The notes under the pieces were generated by a model. It was not told where the DNA came from, did no database searches, and was given only the letters and a program-made list of their open reading frames with translations. Source: Cetorhinus maximus (Eukaryota). From it: a stretch of 64,000 nt of DNA. Below are positions 50,401 through 59,557 of this stretch, in pieces. A program made the position numbers and the translations under genes. Position 1 is the stretch's first letter. Each line of letters opens with the position of its first letter. The stretch lies in the NCBI RefSeq assembly GCF_964194155.1, contig NC_135895.1, positions 59,086,001 through 59,150,000 of the forward strand, in the 5' to 3' direction.

Positions 50401-53400
50401 AAATTTAATAAAAGTTTACTTATAAGTGATAGACATGTCCCAACTCATGTGACAGTGTCACATGAGGGGACATGTCAGGGAAATTTCATTTGTCTGCATG
50501 TGCCATTTTTAAATTTGGCGCCGTTCTCCCTGAGGCAGCACTTAGCCTCAGGGAGATGAGTGCACTCTTTTGTGAGCGTGCGTGAAAGAGCGCACTCCTG
50601 GCTCAGGGAATTCTCCTCCGCCTGCACAGGGAGCGCATTGCGCTTCCTGGCAGACGTCATGCTGGGTGGGCGTTAACTGGCCCACCCACATAAAATGGGG
50701 CTCCTGAACTCTCCCACCCCGTTGGGGGAGGAGGATACCAGGATTTGGAGATCAGGAAGTACTCACACAGAATTTTCCCCTCACAAAATCAAATGGATAT
50801 TGCAACTTTCACAATGGGGCAGTTTGTACATTGTCTTTGGAAGGAGCAAGCTTCAAGGCAGAATGACCTTTTCTTATACCATGCTTCCTTATGTTTTGAT
50901 GCGTCTCTATCATTTATTTAGTTCATGTTTAAAGGCAACATCAGTGTTGAATCTGGAGAATCAGCTTACCATAAGACATAATTTGTACTTATATGTGTGA
51001 CTTGTCCTATATACCAGCTACACGTTACATCACCACCTCTTCCATTTTGAACACACTTCAAGTTTTGGGGCTGATCTGGAGGATCTGAAACAGCAGAATT
51101 AGGAATTTTTGATGTAGACTTATTTCCTAGAATTGTTAAACGTGTTTATTGTAACATCAAGAGTACATAACACAATGAATTTGTGAATGGCAGGGGTTAG
51201 CATGAAACTCATTTGTGCCAGTAATGTTGCATGCATATTAATAAAGTTAACAATCATAAATAAAGGCAGAAATGCTGTAAATATACATTGTCAATTAGCA
51301 TCTGTAGATAAAAAAGACAATTTAAAGTTTCCCTGCAAGATCCTTTCTTTGAACTCAAAGCTGTCAAGCCCCTTGGTTAGGTGTTGCCTTCTGTACTATT
51401 AATTGAGGTAAGGATGTTGGTGAGAGAACTAGAAGAACTCCCAAGTTTTCTTCAAAGTAGTGTTGTGGGTCCTTAACAACTATCTGAAGCACCAGTGCAG
51501 GCAAATGGCATCTTGGTTTAACATCCAATCAAAAGGCAACACTGCCAACAATGTAGCAATATCTCAGTATCTGGCAGTCTAAACTGATTGGCCTAGACTG
51601 GCAGTTCAAACTCTGATGTGGGGTTCAAATTATAAGCTTCTCACCCAGACTGAGAGTGCTATCCAGTGACCCAAGTTTCTATACCGAGGTCGATTTCGAT
51701 CTGCTGCCGAGAAAAGCAGGTGGTGTGTGGGGCCACTGCATTGCTTGAAGGAGCGAATGGGGAACCTGTCCCACATGTGCTGCCTGCCACTCCTTTGCAT
51801 GAGTGAGACAGGCTGCCAGTGTGACACGGGCTTCCCAATGGCCGGTCATTGATTGGGGGGCAGGAAATTGGGTGCTGTTTAAGGTTTACAGGCTTGCAGT
51901 AGTTTAAACAGTTTAAAGAGGTGCACCTTTATGTGGCCAATGCGTAGAGGGTGCAGAAAGATATGAGAGTTGCAGCAGAGTCCCGAGGGTCTCAGAAACA
52001 GCTATGAAGAGAAGCAGTGCCAATTTCCTCTTGGATAGCTGGCAGGTGCCAAGGCAAGTTGGTGATGGGGCACATGGGCATACAGATAGCATTACCTTCA
52101 GGACCTAGCTGCATTGCAGAAAGAAATTTAATGAAATTACCATGAGTGCCAAGAATCCCTTTCACATTGCTCATTATTTTTGCACAGCCCTGCAGAATCC
52201 CGCCTTTGCCTTAGGATCAATAATTCTTCCATTTGCCCCCTCCCATAACTCTCCATAAGAACAGGGAAAACGTCATTGCACTCACACCCTCAAAATCTGT
52301 TACAGCCTTCACAACCCAAGCCTCCCCTTGACTACACTTGCTGCCAGTTCCTGTCATCATGTACACTAATAAGTTGCTTAATAATGGTGAGAGTTGAAGC
52401 CTTGCCTGGGGCATGTATTTACCCACATCCACTTTTTTTTGCAGGAGAGACTGATGTATTTATTTAATGCAAATGGAGAGTTAAAGAAAACAAAATCACC
52501 CTTACTGATTTCAAAAGCGGTTACAATTATGCAAATACTTCTTTGGCTTTGCATCAGGGAGGCCAGGGAGAGAGTTGGATTTTTCAGCCGCTCATGATGT
52601 TGTAGCATGGTAAAGTGATTATCTGTTTTGCCATTCACACCATCATCTTTCAGGCAGTACAGCTGCCATATTTATATCAATCAACAAAAAAACTGAAAAG
52701 CTTACACAATTTAGTTATTAGTCATAACACTAAGCTCAATTCAATCAATAAAATTAAAAATACCACTTACTGCCAGCTTTAATATCAATTCCACAAATCA
52801 AATATTCAGTGTTGCAATGCAGTTTACAGGCAAAACTGGACCTGGGGTTTTCAAACTTTGGAATGTGTGCAATAACTGCATTTGTGGAGATCTGTACAGT
52901 ATTTAGCCGTTTGGTATTGTCTTTGATAATACGTAGCTGTTGAGCCGTACATTCATTGTAGAATGATCCCTTTAATATACACGATACATTAATGCTCGAT
53001 CCAAGTCTTATTATAGACAAAGGGCTGACTTGCATTTCTCCATTAGCGCAGGATTCTGGAAACAAGATGGCAATATTTTGAAAATCATGTAAAAAGCTAG
53101 AAAAGCTAATGACAATATTAACAGAATGCATTTGTATGATATTTCTCTGTTTTCTGATGATAACCTTATTATTTGATAACATTGCTAATTGTAATTTCTA
53201 TTTTTATGTCCTTAAAATGTCGATCTTAGAATTATTAGAACAGTGACTGCACTTCAAAAGGACTTCAATGATTGTGAAGTACTTTGGGATGTCCTCAGGT
53301 TGTGAATAATGCACTACAAATCTCAACTTTTTTCTTCTTTCTGTCATATGTGGAAGGGGCCTCTCTACTCGTTTAAAAAGATTGTTTAACAGATAAGACA

Positions 53401-54075
53401 CCAATGAGGATTTAAATCCAATGAGCAGGGCGGTCTAATAACTCAAGCAAATAATTACTAATGATTTACAGTCATTGCCATGGGTTGACGATCAATTGTA
53501 TCCCAGAGTTTCTCACTGAGTATTGTTTTATAGCGTTGCTAGAGAAGGAATTAAAATTAGTGATCCCTGGATGGCTTAGTGCCGAATGTACCATGATGTG
53601 ACTGGCTTTCAGGTTACTCATATATACGTACTGAGCTAGTTGATCATAGGAGAAGCCATGTTGGGGCACTTAAATCAGCTAAGAACCCTTTCTGAAAGCT
53701 AGCCACTGATATCTGCTGTACCCATGGGGAACAGGATTTGGCACTGCAGTGATGGTCCCCAAGATTGACCAGCCATTAAATACTCAGTGTGTAGGCCAAT
53801 ACATGCAGATTACAGGTTGGATATGGTTCCAGGGAGATGTCAGTGCCCGTGGAACCCATATACAGCATGAGTTAGCACTTAAAGAGGGGGATTGGAAAAA
53901 ATAATAACGTAACTTCAATTCAACTAGCAATACGCTAGGAGCTCAAAGAAGATTTACATAAAAGTAATTAATATGCACAATTATAATTGTTTAATCGGAA
54001 ATTACCGGCTCCCTTGTTGTTGCACAACAAGATGGCGATTAGCTTGATTAACAAACATATTCCAATAAACTCCAT
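25948..54075 (-). CDS. IL12RB2: Interleukin-12 receptor beta-2-like gene, 15 coding exons, about 868 aa
   Basis: Exons join in frame across GT-AG introns (2607 nt including stop). gp130-family architecture Ig-CHR(WSDWS)-3xFNIII-TM-Box1. IL12RB2-type motifs APLSGP, IPDPAN, GYIPSN and C-terminal LTLDVVKIDCSSL. Adjacent to SERBP1. Confidence 0.92.
27205..27810. mobile_element. Deu-domain-like SINE (+, about 27205-27495), then a CR1 tail and an L2-like piece
   Basis: tggctcagtt head, ctcaggtggatgtaaaa, aaattggctgc..tttccctacattacaaca; tggcctcctgtgttgta CR1 tail. Confidence 0.65.
28075..28380 (-). mobile_element. Deu-domain-like SINE
   Basis: Reverse complement of the 27205 family (catccacctgag, agcagcaat, gcagccaatgaagtg). 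Confidence 0.7.
28511..28610 (-). CDS. IL12RB2: IL12RB2 exon 14, Box1 (RIWSILLKLTSQLYVRNIPDPANCTWAKEYTAIK)
   Basis: ttgctgcag acceptor, gtaaca donor, 100 nt, phase 2-0; IPDP JAK-binding Box1. Confidence 0.93.
30073..30184 (-). CDS. IL12RB2: IL12RB2 exon 13, transmembrane (…IIVVVIAVTFLFAIILSGFCLW…RNR)
   Basis: ttccttcag acceptor, gtaaaa donor, 112 nt, phase 1-2; about 22 hydrophobic residues followed by basic residues. Confidence 0.92.
30405..31204 (+). mobile_element. Putative solo LTR between IL12RB2 exons 12 and 13
   Basis: TG...CA ends (tgttatcc ... ggattgtaaca) forming short inverted termini; layout resembles 36414-37431; no clean TSD seen. Confidence 0.45.
31244..31381 (-). CDS. IL12RB2: IL12RB2 exon 12 (RPIDPTSSNYSIPDLKPGTGYIVWMKAVTRAGEG...)
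   Basis: ttttgtag acceptor, gtaaga donor, 138 nt, phase 1-1; LxPxxxYxxWMxAxTxAGE motif. Not in the supplied ORF track. Confidence 0.92.
33610..33648 (-). ncRNA. Second, inverted copy of the minimal hammerhead-like motif (sense to IL12RB2 pre-mRNA)
   Basis: Reverse complement reads agttctgttgaagggtcatttggactcgaaacgttaact, differing from the + copy only in the stem II loop. Confidence 0.6.
35179..35217 (+). ncRNA. Minimal hammerhead-ribozyme-like motif in the PLE pLTR
   Basis: agtt-CTGTTGA-a-gggtc-attta-gactc-GAAA-c-gtt-aact: stem I agtt/aact, stem II gggtc/gactc, palindromic aacgtt stem III. The core departs from CUGANGA at one position. Confidence 0.6.
35562..35711 (-). CDS. IL12RB2: IL12RB2 exon 11 (A[A]PLSGP...WKNVPQDQKEGCIESYIIY...)
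   Basis: Tandem CAGCAG acceptor (exon start 35711 or 35708), gtatgt donor, 150 or 147 nt; the upstream intron is only about 105 nt. Confidence 0.9.
35817..35918 (-). CDS. IL12RB2: IL12RB2 exon 10 (ENIKPKTCFQISVYAIY...YSAQE)
   Basis: attacag acceptor, gtaatt donor, 102 nt, phase 1-1. Confidence 0.9.
36065..36400 (-). mobile_element. CR1 3' end
   Basis: ataggaacaggagtaagccattcagg tail pattern shared with 5940 and 23330. Confidence 0.75.
36414..37431 (+). mobile_element. Putative solo LTR
   Basis: About 1 kb without coding features; tg start and taataaca end; AATAAA at about 37264; TSD not evident. Confidence 0.5.
38954..39154 (-). CDS. IL12RB2: IL12RB2 exon 9 (DLPPPRNISA...YVVEW...NWIKVPP...)
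   Basis: ttgacag acceptor, gtaaag donor, 201 nt, phase 1-1. Confidence 0.93.
41053..41221. mobile_element. 169-bp Penelope pLTR-end micro-insertion with a 40-bp-arm palindrome, 46-bp tandem duplication and 14-bp TSD
   Basis: Sequence matches the pLTR end at 33520-33590 and 35238-35280; TSD tgcatagaatgata at 41039-41052 and 41222-41235. Confidence 0.88.
41727..41931 (-). CDS. IL12RB2: IL12RB2 exon 8 (ALKVLESRGRILGYNVTL...VSAYNSKGNSPPT...)
   Basis: atcatag acceptor, gtaaaa donor, 205 nt, phase 0-1; FNIII GxILxYxV and VSAxNSKG motifs. Confidence 0.93.
43335..43790 (-). mobile_element. Deu-domain-like SINE with an inserted tail of the other SINE family (about 43500-43560)
   Basis: cagcactcctcagtactgca, tgactcagagtgggagtgcta, tttacagctaatgaa. 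Confidence 0.7.
44125..44204 (-). CDS. IL12RB2: IL12RB2 exon 7 (VPIGQLDVWY...ITLLWK)
   Basis: ttgcatag acceptor, gtaaga donor, 80 nt, phase 1-0; LDVWY and LxWK motifs. Confidence 0.93.
45355..45502 (-). CDS. IL12RB2: IL12RB2 exon 6, D3 second half with WSXWS (...LEHFTEYKFQVRSK...GLWSDWS...TPEA)
   Basis: ggtttcag acceptor, gtagag donor, 148 nt, phase 0-1; class I cytokine receptor WSDWS signature. Confidence 0.95.
46384..46523 (-). CDS. IL12RB2: IL12RB2 exon 5, D3 first half (VKPKAPNISKV...GKWGK)
   Basis: Poly-T-cag acceptor, gtaaca donor, 140 nt, phase 1-0. Confidence 0.9.
47227..47790. mobile_element. Decayed MITE-like element
   Basis: GC-richer island bounded by ggggccatttt and agatttacccc, similar in style to the other GGGC-AATTT-ended elements. 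Confidence 0.4.
49065..49291 (-). CDS. IL12RB2: IL12RB2 exon 4, D2 second half (WFRNESH...AWVTASNQLG...FTLDEI)
   Basis: tttttcag acceptor, gtgcgt donor, 227 nt, phase 2-1; WVTAxNxLG motif. Confidence 0.9.
49780..49985 (+). mobile_element. CR1 3' fragment
   Basis: tttaagggaaaattggataaatatttgaa pattern. Confidence 0.65.
50113..50780. mobile_element. GC-rich non-autonomous element (MITE-like) containing a chain of hairpins
   Basis: Imperfect inverted ends gggcaagatatt / agaattttcccc; at least five internal stem-loops; no credible ORF. Confidence 0.65.
50970..51084 (-). CDS. IL12RB2: IL12RB2 exon 3, D2 first half (NPPDQPQNLKCVQNGRGGDVTCSW...)
   Basis: tgtttcag acceptor, gtaagc donor, 115 nt, phase 1-2; conserved cytokine-receptor Cys pair with CxW. 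Confidence 0.93.
52771..53055 (-). CDS. IL12RB2: IL12RB2 exon 2, Ig-like D1 (ESCANGEMQVSP...LICGIDIKAG)
   Basis: ttgtttccag acceptor, gtaagt donor, 285 nt, phase 1-1; LGSSINVSC and ICG motifs. Confidence 0.93.
54006..54075 (-). CDS. IL12RB2: IL12RB2 coding exon 1, signal peptide (MEFIGICLLIKLIAILLCNNKGA); whole exon 54006-54128
   Basis: Acceptor ctctttacag before 54128, ATG at 54075, hydrophobic leader, phase-1 gtaat donor that joins exon 2 (G+AA=E). Confidence 0.85.
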
Positions 54076-54879
54076 CAAATAATACAAGGGAAGGTCGGGA
54101 TCCAGAAACCCCGAACTGTAGGCTGTTCCTGTAAAGAGATTATTCAACAGTCTTAGTTCCAGATTTCAGGTCTGATCCACCTTTACTCGTTACACACATT
54201 CCTATCTTATGTTATTTCCTTTTGTTCCACTATCAGCCAATGTAAAATGAGTTTGAGTTAGTCTCAATCTAGTTCCTTGTGCCCAGAGTATAATTTTTGA
54301 TCCTCAGTTGCCTCAGAGAAGCTGTGAGGATGGAAGCAGAAATAGCAGGCTGGGCAAAGGAACATTGTTGACACTGAGTAGAATGACCTTAATTACTCAG
54401 TGTTTAACCTCTAAAGAGAGGTTGATCACCTAAAACAGGTACAAAGCTGTCAGGGTATCTATTATAATTACCCAATGACTACAGCAAGAGGCCAGGCCAA
54501 TTTTCAAAGTTGGGCCTCATTTCCATGCCATTGGTGAGCTGCTTGTGCATTTTAGGCAGATTGCAATTGGAGAGCAACAAAAATCCAGTGGCTTCACTGT
54601 AAAACCCAATGGTACTGAAAATTGCAAACAGAATCCTCTAACTGGCATGGAACCCCAATTTGCATTGGCACCTATGGAAGGGCTGGCTTTCCATTTGAGG
54701 CCTGCTTGAAAACCGTATTGAGTGGCTACTGGGTATGCAGTTTTATTTCCAATTTTCAACTCCTTGTTTCCCATTTATGCTGGAAAGAGGAAGTAGTTGA
54801 AAAATCGCTCCTGAGGTACAAACTCTCAAACATTTAAGTTACATTAAATATTGCACCCATATTACCTATCATGTCGTTC

Positions 54880-56000
54880 AAAAAGCATGGAAAAACTGCC
54901 TGCGTGCTCTCAAATGTCTGCCAGACTCTGTGCAATCTAGAGTGATCATTCCTCACACAGTATGGGAAACTGCTTCACCAACTCTGCAGCTGCAACAGCT
55001 CATCCAGTATTAGGAATTTGCTCAATTCAACAGCTTCAACAACTCATGGGTACCAATACCCCTCTGGATCCTTCCCTTCTCTTCTCTTTCTCCTGAACCA
55101 ATCACTTCTTCAAATCTTACCCCTTGCTGTGTATTCATGATACCCTCTGATCTTGCCTCTCTGACTCTGAATGACCTGTCCTTAACAAAGGCCTCGGCTT
55201 CATCCCCTTAAGCCTCTATCTCAATCTCCAACAATGCTGAGCTCTTCTTCTATTGCCTTTGTCTCCATACCTAATTCTTTAGCCAGGAGTTTTCCCCCCA
55301 CACAGTGGATCTTCTCACCCATATCCAGTAATTCTCCCTTTACATGGACCCTTCCCTCTGGCCTCTTATCCTCTTTAGATTTTTCATTGGGAACTGCCAA
55401 TATGACATTAGCCATCTCAATTTCTCTGTTCCCCTCATTTACTCAAATCTTTCTCCCTCCGAACTTGCAGCACTCTATTTTCAGGCCAACCCCTAACAAT
55501 ATTATCAAACATGCTGACAAGGGTGGTGCTGGTAATGTTTGTTGTACCGATCTCTACCTAGCAGCAACTGAATGCCAACTCTCTGATATTTCTTTCTCAC
55601 TCCCCCTCACAATGATTCCACCACCAAACATCCTATATCCAGGATTGTCACCGTCTTCACCTGTTCTGGAGATCTTAGCTCCAAGGCCTCCAACCTAATG
55701 TCCCCAAACCTGTATAACCCATTTCTACCTCCTTCCCACAGTCCACAAACAAAACTGCCCCAATAGACTCGTCACTTCAGCCTGCTTCTGCCCCACCGAA
55801 CAGATTTCTTCCTTTCTCGACTATTTTTCTCCCCTTGTCCAATCTCCTGCTATCTATACCCATGAATCTTCCAATGCACTCTGTCAATCTAATAAGTTTC
55901 CAGGCCCTAACCATCTCCTTTTGCCATGAATGTCTAATCCCTCTGCACCTCCATCCCCCACAAAGATGGTCTGTGGGCTCTCTGTTTCTTCCTTGAATGG
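54880..56000 (+). mobile_element. Decayed Penelope-like RT fragment
   Basis: IIKHADKGGA...Y...QLSD, FYLLP.VHK, RL.TSACFCPTE and SL.TSIPH.DGL.AL motifs typical of PLE RT. Confidence 0.85.
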
Positions 56001-57730
56001 AGCAAATTGTTGACCTAGATAGGAGATTGGTTACATGGTAGAAGACAGTAATTAGGAATAATGGGCATGTACATGATTCGGAAGGAAGTGATTAGTGATG
56101 TCCTATAAGGATCTGTGCTTGGGCCTCAAGTATTTACCATATTTAATGACTTGGGTAACCCAATTGGGAGCCATCCAATTTTACAAGTGATATAAAGATT
56201 GGTGGTAAAGCAAGTAGTGCAGATAGGAGCAAAAAATTACAAAGAAACATTGATTGACTTTGTGATTGGGTAAAACTGTGCAGATGGATTTCAATGCAGT
56301 TAAGTGTGAGGTCATTCATTTAGGGCCAATAAAGGATAAATCATATATTTTTTTAAATGATGAAAATTGAGGACCATTGGAGGTACAAAGAGATTTAGGG
56401 GTCCATGTACATGCATCACTCAAATGTAGTGCTTACATAGGAAAAAAATCCAGAAGGTTAATGGAATGTTAGTCTAAGGGGAGGAAGTTTTGCTACATCT
56501 ATTCAAAGCTCCAGTTAGACCACCTATGGAGTACTGTGTTCAGGCACCACACCTTAGAAAGGGTAAATTGACTCTGGAAGGAGTGCAGATTCACAAGAAT
56601 GCAACCAGAGCTCCATGGGCATGAGGAGAGATTACATAAACAGGAATATAGAAATTTGGGGGTGTTTTGATTCAAGATTTTAGAATTTCTAAAGCAAGGG
56701 GACATAAGCTTAAAAATGAGAGCCAAGCCATTCAGGAGACTTCAAGAGCTGAATTTCAACTTCCCCCACCAGCAGGTTAGTAGGCAGGGGGTGAGCGTAA
56801 AATTCTTGGACGGCCTTCCCATTGGGTTCCCGCCTGCTGTGACCCCTCTGCAATTATATGCTTGGACAGGCGAGGCCTAGGCTGGCCTGCTCTTGCCCCA
56901 TTTGAGGCCCTTAAGTGGCCAATTATTGACCACTTAAGGGCTGTTTCCCACCAAGCCTCAATTTTCAGGCTGGCAGGAAGAGCTCTGGAGCAGGGGAGAA
57001 GCCTGAAAATAAACTCAGTTCAGGCCTCAGGCAGGAAGGAGTTGGGGCACCTTCATCAGCAACCTCCTTTTAACATCGGGTACCCCCCACAGCCTCACAC
57101 CCACCCCCCCACCTTTCCCCAGAAGGTCTGGTCCCTGCAGGCCCTTCCTCCCCCCGGCCTCTCCACTGACACCCCGACTCTGTCCATTCCCCCCAGACCT
57201 CACCTACCCTCCTCATCCTGTAACCCCAAAGCTTACATAGTCCTGGAATCCCAGGGCTCAGGCTCCAGGGACTGCTAGTATTCTCAATCCTATCCACTGC
57301 AGCTTCTGGCGCTGCAGGGGCAAGAGAGCTGCCGATCAATCAGATTGGCTGGCAGCTCTGAGGCAGAACTTCCTCCCGAGTGAGGAGTGGAAGTCCCGCC
57401 TCCAGCCAATTAAGACCTGTTGGAGCATGAGAAGGCTGCGGGGCAGGCAGTATTGATGGAGATGTGTTCTCTACTGATTCTCTGAATGGCAGGAATTGAA
57501 ACCCTGCCGTCCTAGAAATCCTGGCCCAAAAGTATTTCATTGGCTGTAAAGTGCAAAGGGTGGTAGAAGTGTAGAGCCCTTTCCAACAAACAAAACAGTA
57601 GATGCTTGTTGATCATTTTAAATCTGAGAATGATAGATTTTTGTTAGACAAGGGTACATAGAGAATTAGGGTATAGATCAGGCTAGAATGACAGAACATT
57701 CTCAAATGGCTGAATGGCCTCCTCTGCTAT
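56000..57730 (+). mobile_element. CR1 fragment (56000-56745, 57555-57730) split by a MITE-like insertion
   Basis: GSVLGP, KCEVIH.G and PHL.EYCVQ remnants; tggctgaatggcct tail. Confidence 0.8.
56746..57527. mobile_element. MITE-like TIR element
   Basis: Ends gagctgaatttc and gaaatcctggccc; internal palindrome cccttaagtgg..ccacttaaggg; interrupts a CR1. Confidence 0.65.
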
Positions 57731-57769
57731 GTAGCTCATACCCATACTGAGCATTGCAATTACTATGAG

Positions 57770-58270
57770 TCAGAAGTTTTTCCCCACTAGAGAGACTTGA
57801 GACAATATTCTAAACAGCTCTGCATTACAAAATGACCACAGTTCCAAAGTATTTCATTGGCTGTAAAGCGCTTTGAGGCATCCAATGATCATGAAAGGTG
57901 CCATAAGCACTATCAATAGAGAACATTCTATGATTGTGAAAGGTGCTATATAAATGCAAGCCTTTCTTTTTTTAAGCAGACATCAGTACAATACTGAGGG
58001 AATGCTGCATTTTTGGAGATGCTGTGTTGGATAATATGTTAATCCAAGGCCCTGTTTTCCCCCTAGGTGATGTAAAAGGTCCTATCACACTATTTGAAGA
58101 AGAACAGGGCAATGATCTTGGCCAATATTTATCACTCAATCAAAACCACTAAACACAGATTACAGGATCTTTTATCTCATTGAAGTTTGTGGGACACTGC
58201 AGTGTGCAAATTGGCTGCTTTATTTCCCTACATTAGAACTGAGGCTATATTTTTAAACCTGTCAAGCAAT
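57770..58270 (+). mobile_element. Deu-domain-like SINE with a nested SINE tail
   Basis: cagtacaatactgagggaatgctgca, aaattggctgc..tttccctacatt, ggtgctatataaatgcaag. Confidence 0.7.
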
Positions 58271-59159
58271 TTGGGATTATTTCTTTAATCTCTCTCTATA
58301 GGCTACTGTCCAAACACAACCAAGATATTGGAATACTCACATTGGTGCACAGTGACACTACAGTCATGCTTTTCAGAATGGGGTCTCTGCAGTAACAAAC
58401 AAACAATGTGATATTAATATTTGAGGTTCCAAAGATAAACCAACATCATTAAAACAGATTACCTCATAATTTACTTCATTGCTGTTTGAATAGCATTGCT
58501 GTGTGTAAATTGCCTGATGAATTTCCTGCATTACAATAATGACTACATTGTGATTTCTCTGTGGTGAAATAATCAGCTCCAGCAATGAAGAATGACGAAC
58601 AGAATGAGATTCCAAAGTTAGCCTATTTCTGAAGAACCTTCACCAGCTTCTGACATTTTTTGAACAAGCACAAAAGATCATGGAAACTCAATATGCTCTG
58701 AACATAATTTGCACTCAAAAAATTCCTCAATCTTTTGCGTTGGTTATGCTAATTTCTGATGAATTGCATTAAAAAAAATCAATGCAACCAAGAGGAAAGT
58801 CCAGGCCGCAAAGTTTATCCAATGTTAACACACCTAAAAATAGTGTAAAATGGAATCCATTGTGAATCCAAACGGATATTCTTATTGTCACTCAAGATGC
58901 TAAATCATTTGAAGGAGTTATTCTGTCAATGAACCTTGTAGCCTTCAGGATTTGAGTTTTCTGAAGTGAATTTAATTAAACTTGTTCCTTACTATCAAAT
59001 ACAATATGCTAGGAGTTCAGTTTCAAATACTGAGGCTGCTGGACATATATAAGTTAACGTTGTGTTGGAACAATAATCGAATATTATAAATGTATGTATG
59101 GAATTCCATGGAGGCTTCCCTCTTGTGGAGTTGAGGGACAGCATAAACAATGTTTATTC

Positions 59160-59445
59160 CATTTCTCCGGGGTTTCCACTGACCTTCTGCTGAAGTTACT
59201 TCAGGAGATTGGGAAAGCCCCATGAAAATTCTCCCCAGAAATGACCATCTGGCATTGATTACAAAACAATGGTTATCAAGAAGTTTATCAGTTAAACAGG
59301 CCCAGGAATATAAATAGAAATTTTGTCAAGAGTCTGGTGTTGTGCCTTGTTTATGGTCATACAGTTGTCTCCTGAGTTGCAAAGGCAGGTTTACATCTGA
59401 TGGGCCCAATATTACTCCAGGAATAAGGACTATTTCCTTGAAATC
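59160..59445. promoter_or_regulatory. Candidate IL12RB2 promoter/enhancer motif cluster
   Basis: kB-like GGGGTTTCCA 59169-59178 and GGGAAAGCCC 59211-59220; TTC-N4-GAA 59185-59194; GATA TTATCA 59273 and 59285; GAS TTCCTTGAA 59434-59442; non-repeat sequence upstream of the first coding exon. Confidence 0.4.
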
Positions 59446-59557
59446 TTCCCATTATAATTCCAACATCCATCATCGAGGAAACTTGTTCCATGATCAAGTC
59501 ATTGTTTAGAATTCAAGCTTTGCAACAACATTATAATTGCTCCTTTGTTGAGTCTAA

